Positions 24,892 to 39,263 of a DNA stretch of 64,000 nt are shown in pieces. A program made the translations under genes and the position numbers. The notes under the pieces are model-generated. The model was not told the origin of the DNA. It was given only the letters and a program-made list of their open reading frames with translations, and did not search any database. The stretch's first letter is position 1; each line of letters opens with the position of its first letter. The DNA is from Eledone cirrhosa (Eukaryota), in the NCBI GenBank assembly GCA_964016885.1, contig OZ024747.1, positions 41,726,001 through 41,790,000 of the forward strand, given 5' to 3'.

Positions 24892-27800
24892 TTAAGCTAT
24901 ACTGACAGATTTCATATTCTTTTGCATAGCTATTACTTCTGTCTCTCGCTTTCGTTTAGCCTCTTTGAATGCTAGCTGGTTCAGTTTTTTTTCTACTCTT
25001 CTCTCCTGAAACATAAAACGAGATTATTCAGCTTTGTTGTTACTCCAGGAAATATATCCTCCACCTCTCATCATCATATATACACTAACAGACTGCAATT
25101 GTTTATATATAACACAGGAGGGATCAGATGTGTGCAAGAGAGAAAAACTGAGCAAGTACAGACAGTTGGGTAAAAAAAAGTTATAAGATTCAGTCAAATA
25201 TCTTACTTTTCTCTGAGCCTTAATAATCATCTTTCGGTCCTTTTTTTCTTCTTTGGTCTCGTCCTTATTTCTCACGGTACTCACAGATATTACAGAAGCA
25301 GTTGTGGCATCTTCAAGATCTTTCAATTTAATTCCTCGTGTATAGAAAACTTCTTCAGGAATTCCCATTTTGTTTAATTTGATTTTCTTTTCCTGAATGT
25401 ATAACAAATAAAATATTCCATTAAAAGGAATTACCCCAGTGCATTACAAATAAAGTACCAGTAATGCACTGGAGTAATTACTGGCCTTGTGTCAAAAGTA
25501 GAAACAATTATTCCATTATAAGTGTACAGTAGACTCGCATGACCAATGGACACATTAATTACCGTATGTACTCAAATATAAGCTGAGGAATATGTTACTA
25601 AAAATCGGTAAAATTGAGGGGTCAGCTTATATTTAGAGTCAACATTTTGACAATTTTCACCAACTTCTATGTAAATAGAGTGCTAAAATATCTGGACTGA
25701 TTATTTTACAACAAAACACTTTTTCTACATTTACTACATTGTCATTAGTTATTTATACATTCCAACTTTTTAATATGTAAAATATCCCATATTTCAAAAC
25801 CACACCTAAATAATGTGTTGATTAGTTGTCTCGGCTACAGGGTTTGGATTTTTGCCCATTTCTCGGTCATAACATATATTCATGTACGTATGGTAAGTGG
25901 TTTTGTCTAATCTTGTCTCTCCATAATAACTATATGCTCACATATACAATAAGTTATAAAAGAGAGTTGTAGATTGAAAAGAAATACAATTCTTTCTCTT
26001 GTTTCCATATTGGTCAGGACAGTATTTTGCAAGTCTTTCCCAATATTTTCCTTGTGTTAAATGTGTGTCCAGTTCGGCTTGGCTCGCTCAGCTCATCCAG
26101 GAATAGACAAGAAAAACACATTTTAGTACCTGATTTCTATGCTTGTAATTTCTAAATAATGAATTGAGAGGTTTAGTAATATAACTAACTTTATCATTAT
26201 TAAGTATGACAAAGGTTTTAACAGGAAATTATGATAGAAGTGTTTTAAATATAGAGACTTTAAAATAAGAAGCTTTGTAATAGAAGGGTTAACCTGAAGA
26301 AAAGGACAGAGTTTGAGACATTCTTAAAGCAAATTCTGAAAACCTGAAATTTACCAGTTTGTCAGGTATGAACTTAGAACTTTTTATAGGGAAAAAAAAA
26401 AAGAAAAGAGACACCAAAACAAATACATTTAAAATGGTTGATTAGATATATGACTAACAAAAGTCTATATTATTTCACTCTCTCCCTCACACAAGTGTGA
26501 AAATATCCAATTACCTTCTTTGGTTCTAATATCAGTGTTGGGTGGTTGTATAAGTTGGAATATGTACCTGTAATCACAAATCGGGGAGTGAGATAATTGT
26601 GACACCATGTTACATGATTTCATATATTATAACATATAGAGCTACAATGATGAGACTGAGATATTATCTTATACAATACATTGTTTAATAGGTATATGTA
26701 ATATTTACATGGCAGACAAGTAGATTATTGTATCATAGTATAGAGATACTTACCTGACATACAGTGACTAATTAATGTGAAAGAGAAGGGAGGGACAGGA
26801 GAGAGAAGGTAAATGAATAAATATGAATCTATATTATAAAAGAGAAGCTGTTTCTCACTCTGTCTGTCACAACATATATGTAGAAAAGAAAAGGGGGAGG
26901 AGAGATGGATCATTTATGATGTGAGAATGAAAGTGATGATAAAATAGGCCTATGACATTTGTCCATCACACCTTATATATATTACATAGTTATTTTTCTG
27001 TTTCTGTGTGTATATTTTACTGGCAGTGTGGCGACAGGTTTTTACTAGTAACTATATTAAATATTACAGGCAGCAAATTGGCAAAGTCATTAGAATGTTG
27101 GATAAAATGCTTTACAGCATTCATTATGCTCTGAATTCAAAACCTGTCAAAGTCAACTTTGCCTTTCATCCTTTCAAGGTCAATAAAGTACCAGCCCAGT
27201 TTTGGGGTTGATTCTTTCTCTATATCTCCTCCGCTCTCTCTCTCTAGAAGAAATTAGCTTGCTATTACGGTATGGTTACATAGGCCGTGTTTGAGAGAAT
27301 AGGTGGTCCAAGTATGATTTGATGAATTTGGAGGGTGAGTATGGTTTGTTTGGCAGGAGTCATGGGTACAGGTTGGCGTTCAGTTTAGGGTACTTGCTGA
27401 GGGTTAGTAGACTGATTGGAGCAATGATGGTCTTATTTATGTGTGTATATGTAGTGATTGCCTTTGTGCTGTTGAAAATGACAAGATTGTTTCACTTAAT
27501 GCTGTAATGCCTTGTGATATCTGGAAAGGTCTCTAGTTAGGAAACAACACTTCTCTGATTAAATCATGAAGGAGCTTGCAAAATCAGAGTAAAATATGGC
27601 AGAGATTAGATGACAGGAAACAGAAAGGTGATAGTGAAAGAAACACAAGCAGAAGGAAGGCAAAGAAACAAAATTGTTTGAATATTAAACCAGTTACATA
27701 CTGAGGATAGATTCACAATCCCATTTTTCAGTTTTCTCTTCAACCTCAATTTCTCCTTCACTTTCAGATGACAAATTCAATTTGTTCACATCTAAAGATG

Positions 27801-30800
27801 TATTTTTTAAAACTTCATCAAGATCTCTGAAAAACAAATGAAAAATACAATTTATTAAAACATTAAAATTATTTTATTGAGTTAACAGAAACAGAGTATA
27901 TTTTTTCTTCTATATCTCACCAACAAACGTTTTAAGCCACCTTCCTGTTCATCCCATCTTACCACTCATTATCACCTTCTTCAATATCTCATAATAAACT
28001 ATTCTGAGATGCTTTTATTATATATCATCTTTACTAGTTGATGTGCCAGGTTATACATTCATCAACATCTACTTCCCTCAAATACAAACAAATTGGAACA
28101 TCAGACAAAATCCATTACAGTATTTGTTCATATTCCTTACATTCTTCTCTGAAGACCTTCTGCTACCCAGCTCTTCTAAGAGTTTCTTACCGCTACAAAG
28201 GTTAATTTTGCTTTTCATCTTTCCAAGGTCAATAAAAGTGTCAGTGATGTTTTTCTGAGAAAAAATTGCAATCTCTTCTCCACTACTATAGCCAGGTGGA
28301 AGTGTAATGTTGGCTATGAACTGCTTATACAAACATGATGCCAGGTTACCAGAGTTTTACAGTCTTATCCCTTAACTCATTTGTTACCATATTTCTAATT
28401 TAAGAGACTGCTTCTAATTTTCAAATAATTCCAATAATAATCAAGAATTTTGAGAAATTGAGCAATATAACTAACTTTCTTATTATCAAGTTGGTGTTTG
28501 GAGCATAACTTAAAGGTTCTAATATGAAATTATGATGGAAGCTTTTTAGATAAATATAAACACTTTAAAATAAAGAAGTTTGTATCATAGAACCAAGGAA
28601 AGTTTCAGGTAGTTTGGTATAAATAGGATTAATACTTTGAATTCAAAACACTCAGTTAACATTGCTTGAGGCAAATTCAATCAACTGTACCTCTTCCCAA
28701 ACAAAAATTGGCCTTGTACCTAGTCAAAGGAATTCGTTTTTATCATCATAAAAATTTATACCAAATTTTGTTGAAAGAGAGAATTATGGATGTATTTTCA
28801 AAAGATAAATCAATATTTACTAACTGTGGAGCTTTACTTTCTTGGTATTTCTCAACCATTTTAGACATCATTTCACATTGTACTTCCATATTGCCTTCAA
28901 TATCATCCATATCCAGTGCTCCAATCTCGTTCTCATCATACTGCTCAAAGAACTGAAAACATTGATAGAAAGATTTCATTAAAATATGGAAAAAAACTAT
29001 GATTAGCAGCACAGATTGATGTTAAATTCCTGGCTTCAATTTACAGTTGAAACAATTTCACTTCATAAGTTATCCTTTGAAGAAGCATGAACATCACACA
29101 ATCCACAATCTCAAACTTCACATCTAAGCAAAATAGTATTGCTGTTTAACCCCACATCAACTCCAGTTGAGCAGATGTTTGATCAGAGGTCTTCCAGCCA
29201 TGAACATCCTGTCTTTTTGATTTTCCAGGACGCCAATCCATTGCAGATTTAAACCCCTAGCTATTGCTGGTACTCTTTTCAGCTTCACAATAATATTTAA
29301 TAAGGATTTAATTTGGTGGCAAATGAACTGAACAAATACACAAAATAATTTTTTTTAAAGTTTTTTGCATGGAAAACAGACATTTTAAAAGAGGTAGTTT
29401 TGAGTGGGTTTGTATTGAAAAAGTTAACTTAACCTGATTCGTAAAAGTTGTGCATATACATGGGAATCAACGAAGACCCTTCAAGACAATAACTTTGATA
29501 TGAAAGAAGAGTGGCAAGGATCATAGAATGAGTCCAAATTTTCTAACCAAGACCACATCCAGGACCCCATATCTAAACCAGCCCATTTTGACCTTTCTAG
29601 AAAGCAATGGAGGTTCCTTAATCAGATCTGCACAACACATGTCAGAACAGCCCATCATCTCCATCGATGGAAAATGAAAGTCGGCCCAGCATATGACTGT
29701 GGGAACCCTGACCAGCATGTTGTTCGGAATTGTCCCCTCAGACGTTTTCCTGGCAGTCTGGGGCCAATCCATAATGCTACAAATGATGCCTCAACCCTTT
29801 AGCATTCACATTAATTTGTCAAATGTCATGTTTATCTGTTCACATTATTTTCAGTTAATCGTACTCAAGAGGGTTATCAATTTTATTTGTTTATAAATTT
29901 CTTAATTTTCTATGTGCAGGCTTGAAATATTGTCAGTAGATGTTTAAATATCAATAATTTACAATTATATAATTTTACCGGATGTTTTTGGTTAAATTTG
30001 ACTTTTATGGGCAGGTGAAATTAATTAATAGGGGCATTTGAAGTATCAACCAGGTGCAAATACTGGTTTAATTTTAAATACGTTGTTTTCGGCATAATAC
30101 TTGATATATAAGGATCAGTAAACCTTATATCAGTGCTCCAGTAATTCCAGTCTTGGAAATTGTTTTATACCGAACATAATATTTACGGTAAAAAATGCTT
30201 ACATTTCCGCAGCATCTGTCGGTCACCACAACAGATCAGATTTTCCTCAATTTGAAATCTGTTGTTGGGCATATCGATTAATCTCTTCTGCCACAACTTC
30301 AAAGAAAGTTTGTGGTAAAAACAAAAAGAAATAATCCAGTGCTTTAGCATCGGGAGGTAATGTGTGTTGTGGACCAGTATTTAGAATAAAATCGGGAACA
30401 TATATTGGTGTGGTATTTTTCAACCACGTTGCTGTAATATTTTCAATGGCATCCTGGAGATCTTCGTTTTCACTTTCAAAACAACAATCATCGTCGAATG
30501 AAATTTCAGAAATGTAAACATCTGATTCATTTGAGGATAAATCCTTAATATTATCTTTTGTATTGTGTGGATTGGCAGAATCGGTAAAGGGTCAGACGCC
30601 ATTTTTCAGCAAAGAGTTACGGCCCTTTATGGTCTGAGTTCAAATCCCACCGAGGTTAACTTTGCCTTTCGTCCTTACGGGGTCAATAAAATAAAGTACC
30701 AGTAATGCACTGGGTAATTGCTGGCCTTGTGCCAAAAATAGAAACAATTATCTTTTGTTTCTTGTTCATTCTGAATGTCGTCGTGTGTAAAACCTTCAAA

Positions 30801-33800
30801 GTCGGTATCGCTACTTTCACAAGCCATGTTGATACACAAAAAATCTGTTCTACTTTCAACATTAAAAAAACACGTTTTGTTTTAAGTTGTTTCACTATAT
30901 TAAGTGTTAATTTTCACGGTAAGGGCCTAATCTCGCAGTAATCTCGAATTGACGAGATTTTGAGAACGATATTTTAGTGTGGGTGCTATCAGCCGGTTTC
31001 AGGCGGATTGAACAAATGAAGGGGAAATAATTGCAGCCGGTTTAGGGCGGTTTGAAGACTAAAGGGTTAATCTGACTCACCAATTGCCATCTGTCTCTCT
31101 AACCATTGTGCATATGTCATATGACAAGAAGAAGACCTGATTCATATCATAGATCAAACCAGATATTTCAGAACCAATAAATCACCTACCTTTTCAAATT
31201 GATCATCAATATCTTTTAATGCCTCACTCCTTGGTACCACTGATGACGACATTGAATAATTAGTGAAACGAGATCTGGTTTCTTCTTCCATGAAATAATC
31301 TTCATTAGAATTTGCATCAGATCCTGAGATATCTCCAAGATTGGAAGAAACATCTGAGTCACTCTCATCGTCTGAGTCACGTTCAGCTCCACTTCAATAG
31401 AATAGAAAATCAAATTAAATCATACTGAAATATCATTTATTTCTGACAACAAAGAGGACCAGTCCCCCCTGTAGGGTGGTAGTGCTGGTGTGATTCGTGA
31501 GAGAGAGACTGGGCTATTTCTAGGTGATTGAACAGTTACATAGAGACTCCTTTGAGGTTGTTGTTAGCCCAGGTTCAGCCCCATTTAAGCATATCTGTGA
31601 TCACAGACATTCCACTTGCGACCATCCCATGTTTTTCAAGACTGGGATGATTTTGGAAAAAGAAAGAAAGTAAGATTTAGCTCATATTTCTTGAAGTCAG
31701 TTCTTAACTAGGGCCAATGATCTCTCAGATAGGCTGGGGTACATCTTGCTTACATGTTCCCGCATTCTTGAGTAAAAAATACCATGCACTCATGACACCA
31801 GCACTAGGGTGGTCACTGAAGAGTCTACTCTTTGTTTCGCAAGTTTTCTATGGCTGGATGCCCTTCCTATCACCAACCACATTACAGAATATACTAAATG
31901 TGTTTATTGTGTAGATTATCAACATGAGGGAAGTTGCCATGTCTTTAAAATAACTAAAGAGTCCTCTAAACTCTTTTTGGCAAGTTTTCTACAGGTGGAT
32001 GCACTTCTATCACCAACCACTTTACGCAGTATACTTGTACATCCAACACACTAGAGAAGTCGACATGTCTATGACACAACTGAAGGGTCTTCGTAACCCT
32101 TTGTTTTACGAGTTTCTATAACTGGATGCCCTTCCTAGCACCAAATCAAATTTCTACAGCTGGATGCCCTTCCTATCACCAAATCTCTATAACTGGATGC
32201 CCTTCCTATCAACAACCAGAATTATACAAAAAAAAAAAATCCAAGAATAAGCAACAATTCCACACACCTTTCTTTTTTTTCGTTTGCCAGCAGCATAAAA
32301 TCATCATCTAAAACCCCTTCAGGATCATCAAAATTATAATCTTCATCAAGAGCTGCAACAATATCTGGATCCCAGTCGACCTTAGGACCTGCAATAAAAT
32401 ATGTGGACATCTTGTTGACAAGACAAACAACAAATAAACAAAGGACAAAATAAATATATCTATAAAACAAATAGAATATCATAAAATAGAGTAAAAGACT
32501 GTAAGCCATTATATGTTTGGAATTAAACATAATATAGTGGGAATATTCCAGCCACACATAGGCAGACACTGACACACTGGGAGACAGCTGACACTGGGAG
32601 ACAGCTGGCACTGGGAAACAGCTGACATTGGGGGACAGCTGACATTGGGGGACAGCTGACACTGGGAGACAGCTGACACTGGGGGACAGCTGACACTGGG
32701 GGACAGCTGACATTGGGGGACAGCTGACACTGGGAGACAGCTGACACTGGGAGACAGCTGACATTGTTCACAAGGAATTTTTACCTCGAGGACAAACAAT
32801 TAATCACATCTTCTACAAAGATGTCTTGGAATGACTTTGAAAACAGGTCCAGTGAGTTCAAAATGACATTGTAGGAAATTAGGTACTGCACCACAATAAT
32901 GCACCTGCTCAAACAACACTTTCAATTAGAAAATTTCTGGCGAAGTAAAATATTCCCACTTTTCCACATCCTCTGACATTGGGAGACAGCTGACAGTGGG
33001 AGACAGCTGACACTGGGGAGACAGCTGACACTGGGGAGACAGCTGACACTGGGGAGACAGCTGACACTGGGGAGACAGCTGACAGTGGGAGACAGCTGAC
33101 ATTGGGAGACAGCTAACACTGGGGAGACAGCTGACATTGGGAGACAGCTGACACTGGGGAGACAGCTGACATTGGGAGACAGCTGACAGTGGGGAGACAG
33201 CTGACACTGGGGGACAGCTAACACTGGGGAGACAGCTGACACTGGGGGACAGCTAACACTGGGGAGACAGCTGACATTGGGAGACAGCTGACAGTGGGGA
33301 GACAGCTGACACTGGGGGACAGCTAACACTGGGGAGACAGCTGACATTGGGAGACAGCTGACACTGGGGAGACAGCTGACATTGGGAGACAGCTGACAGT
33401 GGGGAGACAGCTGACACTGGGGGACAGCTGACATTGGGAGACAGCTGACAGTGAGAGACAGCTGACAGTGGGAGACAGCTGACACTGGGGAGACAGCTGA
33501 CAGTGGGAGACAGCTGACACTGAGGAGACAGCTGACACTGAGGAGACAGCTGACACTGGGGAGACAGCTGACTTTGGGAGACAGCTGACATTGGGAGACA
33601 GCTGACAGTGGGAGACAGCTGACACTGGGGAGACAGCTGACATTGGGGGACAGCTGACATTGGGAGACAGCTGACACTGGGGAGACAGCTGACATGGGGG
33701 GACAGCTGACATTGGGAGACAGCTGACAGTGGGAGACAGCTGACAGTGGGAAACAGCTGACAGTGGGAGACAGCTGACACTGGGGAGACAGCTGACACTG

Positions 33801-36800
33801 GGAGACAGCTGACACTGGGAGAAAAGCTGACACTGGGAGAAAAGCTGACACATTGGGGGGACAGCTGACACTGGGAGACAGCTGACACATTGGGGGACAG
33901 CTAACACTGGGAGACAGCTAACATTTGGGGGGACAGCTGACACTGGGAGACAAATTTTGTATGAAACTCAACAAATCTGCCACCGAAACATTTAATTCTT
34001 TAACACAAGTTTATGGCGATGCCATTCTATAGAGAAGTAAGGGTTTTAAGTGACACAAAGCTTTCAAAGAGGGCAAAGAAAATGTTAAGGACGAACCTCA
34101 TTCTGGAAGGCCAATCTCGTCAACAAATAAACAAAATGTAGGTGTGGTGTGAGTGGTGATGGCAAAAGATCAATTAAGTGTTAGGATGAGTGCAGAAGAA
34201 ATAGGTTAGGGTAAAAATGCAGTTCACAGAATTTTAACAGACTATTTGCAGATGCAAAACATTTGTACAAAACCAATGCCCAAACACTTGTCTGTGGAGC
34301 AAAAAGCAAACCAGCTGGAAATTTGTCAGGATTTGCAAGAAAGATTTGAAATTGAGCCAAATTTCTTGGATAAAGTAATGAGAGGAGAATCATGAGGGTT
34401 GATTGTGATCGAAAGACAAAGTGAGGAGGAGCACATTAAATATTCTCTTCCTCCGAAGAAAGAATACATGAGCAAATCCAGGGGGAAAATGATGATTATC
34501 GTTCTTTTCGACAGCCATGGCATTGTTCACAAGGAATTTTTACCTCGAGGACAAACAATTAATCACATCTTCTACAAAGATGTCATGGAATGACTTTGAA
34601 AACAGGTCCAGTGAGTTCAAAATGACATTGTAGGAAATTAGGTACTGCACCACAATAATGCACCTGCTCAAACAACACTTTCAATTAGAAAATTTCTGGC
34701 GAAGTAAAATATTCCCACTTTTCCACATCTTTCCTACAGCCCAGATATAGCTCTGTGTAGATTCTACCTCATCCTTGAGTTGAAATCAAAGTTGAGCAGT
34801 CATCATTTTGGGGCTGTGGAAAACATACAATAAATTGTAACTGACAAGCTAAGGACACTCACATAAAATGACTTCCAGCATTGCTACGATCAATGCAAAA
34901 AAAGTTGGAACCAAGGGTCATATTTTGAAGGAGATAACTTGTAATTTCATGTATGTCTAATATACATTTAAATAAAACATTTTGGGACAAACCTCATATA
35001 TGATTTTTACAGAAACTCCAAAGATTTGTGTTATTTTCCAACAAATAAAAGAAATTCTTTACCTGATTGAGGAGCAGCTTTATTTAATAATCCAACTTTA
35101 GTCTCCACCTCACTGCTAAACACAGTTGAGGGCAGGTGCAGTTTCACATCAGGTGCAGTTTTCTACAACATTGAAAATATGATTAAATGAAATTGAGTTT
35201 ATGTAGTTATGTTGCTGTGAACATATTGATTGTAGTGAGCATAAAAAAAAAAACTAATGAAAAATAACTGGGTGGAGAGGAAAAAATAATAATAGTTAGT
35301 CAATGACTAATATTGTTCTTATACTTTTAGCAAGAACAGTAGAGAACTTTGAATGTTCCAGTCTTATTATGACCTCATCAGAGAAGCATAATACTCACTG
35401 TACTTATCAAAGTAGTGAAAAAAGATTGTACAATGGTTGACATAGGAAAATAGAATTGTTTAGAGAATAAAAAATGTTTTAAGCCTGATACATTATACCC
35501 TATAAACACTGAGATGTTAGCTACATTATGGTGTGTTCCATATCATAAATTTATTTATTCTTCTATAATATTTCCAACATAAACTCTGCCAATGTTCTGC
35601 AGAAAAAAGATATATTCTATGGAGTTCATCACATGATGTTTTAACTATTCCACCTAAGTAAACTTTCCCAAGTTCTATGATAAAAAGCTGTTTATTTTAA
35701 ATAGTTTATATTTATCTAAAAACCTTTCATTGTATTTTAAACACCAGCTTAATAATGAGAAAGTTAGTTATATTAATAAATTTTTCCAAATTCTTGATTA
35801 TTTCCAAAATGATTTGAAAATCATAGGCAATGTCTCTCATTAGAAATATGATAACGAAAGTGTTAAAATTTCTAGCTCTTTCCTAATGTGAAAAGATTAG
35901 TCTGCCTATATCTGTAATGCAATTAAACCTGTGTATGGACTTGCAATCATGTATAGCATTATTTCATACAATACTGCCAAACATCACTCTCTTTAAGGCC
36001 ACCCATCTCTCCATGGGCTAGTAACAGGTAGCTTACATCCCACTCCCTGCCAGATCAAGGATAAAAGTGCTCTAATAGTGAAATATGGTAGTGCTGGTAC
36101 CACAAAAAATTGCACTCAGCCCACCCTGGGAAGTGGAAATGCTGGTGCCATAATAAAAGGCACCCAGTCCACCCTCTCAGGTGGTAATGGTGGCACAAGA
36201 AAACGAACCTGATACATGCCATGAAATAGTTGATGTTAGGAAGGACATCTAGCCATAGAAACTATGCCCAAATGGAACATGAACAAGTCATGGTCACCTG
36301 ACCTACCTAGCCTCAGAAACATGACAAGTTGTCTAACCTATGCAAGGGTTGAATATAAATGTAAAACAATGATGATGATAATGATCTGCATCATGGTCAC
36401 TGAAAGATATTAAACATACTCACACATGGTTGAGAACTAAGCAATTCGAATGTCTCTGTGTCATCCACTTCCAACATTTCATTTGCTTCCTTCAAATGTT
36501 GGAGATAGTTGTAGTTATCCTCAAAATAAACACCAAATTTTCTTTGTTGTTCCAACTGATTCTCTCGTTTCTTCTAAACAACATATATTAGAATCACATT
36601 AATTATTTTAGGACAGAACAAACAATACATGCTTATAGAAACATAATTTTTTCTTATGTGTTAGCTCAATTCTCCATATTTGAGATAATACATTTATTCT
36701 TTTTAGCCCTCCCCCTCTTGAAATCAATAAACTGAAAAGTAAAAAGAGAAAAATGATATAGAAACTTACCGCAGCAGTAGGCAGCAGTACAAAATGAGAA

Positions 36801-39263
36801 GCATCTTCAGACACAAGCATAGGATCTTGTTGGCTTCGATGCACAAGATGAAAAGTAACAGCATTTTTTTTATCAATGAATTTCGTCTTGCGTCTAGGCT
36901 ACAAAGAAATTAAAAAACAGTTTGTTTTATTTATAGACAACAGGTAAATTTATAATTGATCACTTTTATAAAGGCATGCTATATAATAAATATTTGAAGA
37001 AAGCAACAAAAAATGGTAATATAAATTAAATATATTTTTAAAATATTGTTTTGAATTATTATTAATTGTGTATAGGTACACCATATCCCTGCCTGTCATA
37101 AGAGGTGACTAAGAGGGTTGTTGTAAGGAAGGGCATCCAGTTGAAAAAATATCTCATCTCACCTATGCCAGCATGGAAAAGTGGACAAAAAAACATATTT
37201 TATTGACATATAGTTAAGAAGTTCACTTTACAACCATGTGGTTCAGGTTTCATTTTTGGGAAAGTGCGTTCTACCATAGCTTTCATCAACCAAAGACTTT
37301 GAATGGAATTTGATTGGCAGAAACTGTGCAGAAGCCACTAGGATATATAGGAGGGGGATAATAGAATCAGTATGAGATCATTAAACTGGACACATAGGAA
37401 TATGATCCTAGATATGTATAGACCAGTAACTTCTCTAGGACAAAAGACTGTGGCAGGATTTGAACTAAGAGAGCATAGATTGACAAAACGAAATACTGTA
37501 AAGTATTCTATCCAATGTTCTAACGACTGATTCTAGATATACCATACTGCAATAAAAATGTGATGATCACAACTGGAATGTCTTTGATAATGGTTTTATC
37601 TGGAACTAAACAAAAACCTTCTAGTATTTCACTGCGTCCCAGATATCTATATTCAATTAAAACCCTTAAATATGGTGCTCCAGCTTGACCACAGTATACA
37701 CTTTCTTGGACTTTATCTAGAACAGAGAGGCACCAATTACACTGGATATTGTAAAAGAATGTTAAACTTGTTCAGTGTCATCTATTATAGATTTTGAGTA
37801 GTTTGAGAGGAGGTGTGAATATCATGTGGAGGGGGAGAGGTGATTGGACGAAAGAAGATATTTAAATGTTGATTTTTTTTCAGCCCCAAGTCAAAACTGG
37901 TCAATTGAACAAACTTATGATCAAAATTATTCCAGCCATTAGTATGGTTTTTTTGTTTTTTTTTAGCCTAGGCTATATAATCCAATGTTCTTCATTCTTT
38001 AAGACAGTATGGTAAGGTATGAAGTAGATTTGGTAGCTATTTCAAGCCAGATCATATGACAAGGTAGGACAGGGGTCACAAAGTTGTAGATTTAACTTTG
38101 GAATCAAAACCTGACATTTGTATGAGAAATAAAAATAGTTTTCTTCTTCGCCGACTTATTCCTGAGAGGGTGGTAGGAGCAGAGTCGTCAAACACTCCCT
38201 CCAGCAGGTCATGTTAAGCAACCGTCTCCAACTGATCCGGCTGGATCCCCATGCAACAGCCAAGCTCATGGATGTTATCCAGCCATCTTGCTTGGGGTCT
38301 ACCCCTGGGTCTCCTACTTGTTGGTTTTACCCGTGAAATCTGTCTAGCGATTCTTTTCTGGGACATTCTAACCACATGCCCATAGCTGTGATCTCTCAAT
38401 TCGTAGAAGTAGCAGCTCTACCTGGAGCAAGAATTGCAAAAGTTTGTGCGATAATGTGCCAGCTTCAGCATTCAGTAATCAGAACAAGGGAGGTAGGCGT
38501 AAAAGCCAAACTCGCTGTCTTCAATTCGGTATTCGTGCCAACCCTTACCTATGGTCATGAATCTTGGGTAATGACCGAAAGAATAAGATCGAGAATACAA
38601 GCGGCTGAAGTGAAATAAAAATACATAAAATACAACTTCCTTATACAAGTTTCTGATTTACATATAATTAGTCAATTTTATATTGTTTATTTATTTACTT
38701 TTTTACTAGGGTTGATGAGAGGGAGTGGGGCAAAGATTGTGAAGGAGTCCATGGTCTAAAAAAAGGGTAATTTTTTACTATTACAAACGTCTCGGGGACT
38801 GGTTTAAGAGTAATTTTTATTTATTTATTTAATTAATTATAAAGGTTTATAGTTAGGTAGGTTTAGTTAGAATTTATAACACAATGAACTTAAAACAAAA
38901 TGATGTAAGCATGATAGCGATGAACACGTGTTGACGTTCAGGATATTACTAAAAACGGTAAACTGGCAATAAACTACAGCAGAACTTGATTTGGATATGG
39001 AACAATGAATACATGAAAAGTGTGGGGTGACTGTTAGGAATAAACAAAGGAATATTTCAAAGTAAATCAAGATTATATGGATGTTCGACAGATAGAGAAA
39101 CGTGTGTGTGTGAAAGGAATTTCGTAGAAAATAGCTATAACACGATAAACAGAGAAACTAAATAAATCAACGTTGAATGTAAATCAGTTTCTAACACATT
39201 AAATTAGAACAAATAGAAATTGGGAATGGTTGTGAAATAATATTAAATCGATTTTCTTACCAT
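24892..39263 (-). CDS. LTV1: Protein LTV1 homolog (40S ribosome biogenesis factor). Coding exons: 39261-39263, 36770-36898, 36424-36573, 35063-35162, 32268-32388, 31190-31391, 28825-28952, 27702-27826, 26515-26567, 25207-25392, 24892-25005
   Basis: All junctions are GT-AG with matching phases. Motifs MPRRKTKFIDKKNAVTFHLVHRSQQDP, FGVYFEDNYNYLQHLK, LPSTVFSSEVETKVGLLNKAAP, DPDIVAALDED, ETRSRFTNYSMSSS, KWDCESILSTYSNLYNHP and ERRVEKKLNQLAFKE are LTV1-family hallmarks. Confidence 0.95.
25560..25894. mobile_element. TA-flanked MITE (Tc1/mariner-pogo type); a relative at about 15230-17530 is split by the CR1 insertion
   Basis: Termini TACCGTATGTAC ... GTACGTATGGTA; internal segments attttcaccaacttc and tggatttttgcccatttct recur on either side of the CR1 element. 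Confidence 0.6.
29795..31066 (-). mobile_element. Internally deleted piggyBac transposon relic, with a SINE inserted at about 30620-30750
   Basis: CCCTTTAG termini with TCAA/TTAA flanks; frameshifted N-terminus (acidic tract, then ALDYFFLFLPQTFFEVVAEEINRYA...EM*AFFTVNIMFGI) typical of piggyBac transposases. Confidence 0.7.
32565..33952. repeat. 17-18 bp minisatellite (CAGCTGACACTGGG(G)AGA) in LTV1 intron 4, interrupted at 32762-32970
   Basis: Direct inspection of tandem units. Confidence 0.97.
33951..34998 (+). mobile_element. Decayed mariner transposon, 5' end lost at the minisatellite
   Basis: KFCMKLNKSATETF...VYG...FKEG.ENV.DEPHSGRP; SKSRGKMMIIVLFDSHGIVHKEFLPRGQTIN..FY; LHHNNAPA; YSPDIA; ends ...GSYFEG and a TIR-like tttgggacaaacctcata|TA. 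Confidence 0.85.
38138..38611. mobile_element. Short RTE (Rex3/Expander-like) insertion with an internal inversion
   Basis: Minus part: YGHVVRM...RRPRGRPQARW plus (GAA)n tail. Plus part: KAKLAVFNSVFVPTLTYGHESWVMTERIRSRIQAAE. Flanked by the 12-bp direct repeat GAAATAAAAATA. Confidence 0.8.

Noticed and set aside
32222-33943. Several long Cys/Ser/Pro-rich ORFs
   Set aside because: Open in all three frames because the repeat unit lacks stops on that strand; only 32268-32388 is a real LTV1 exon.
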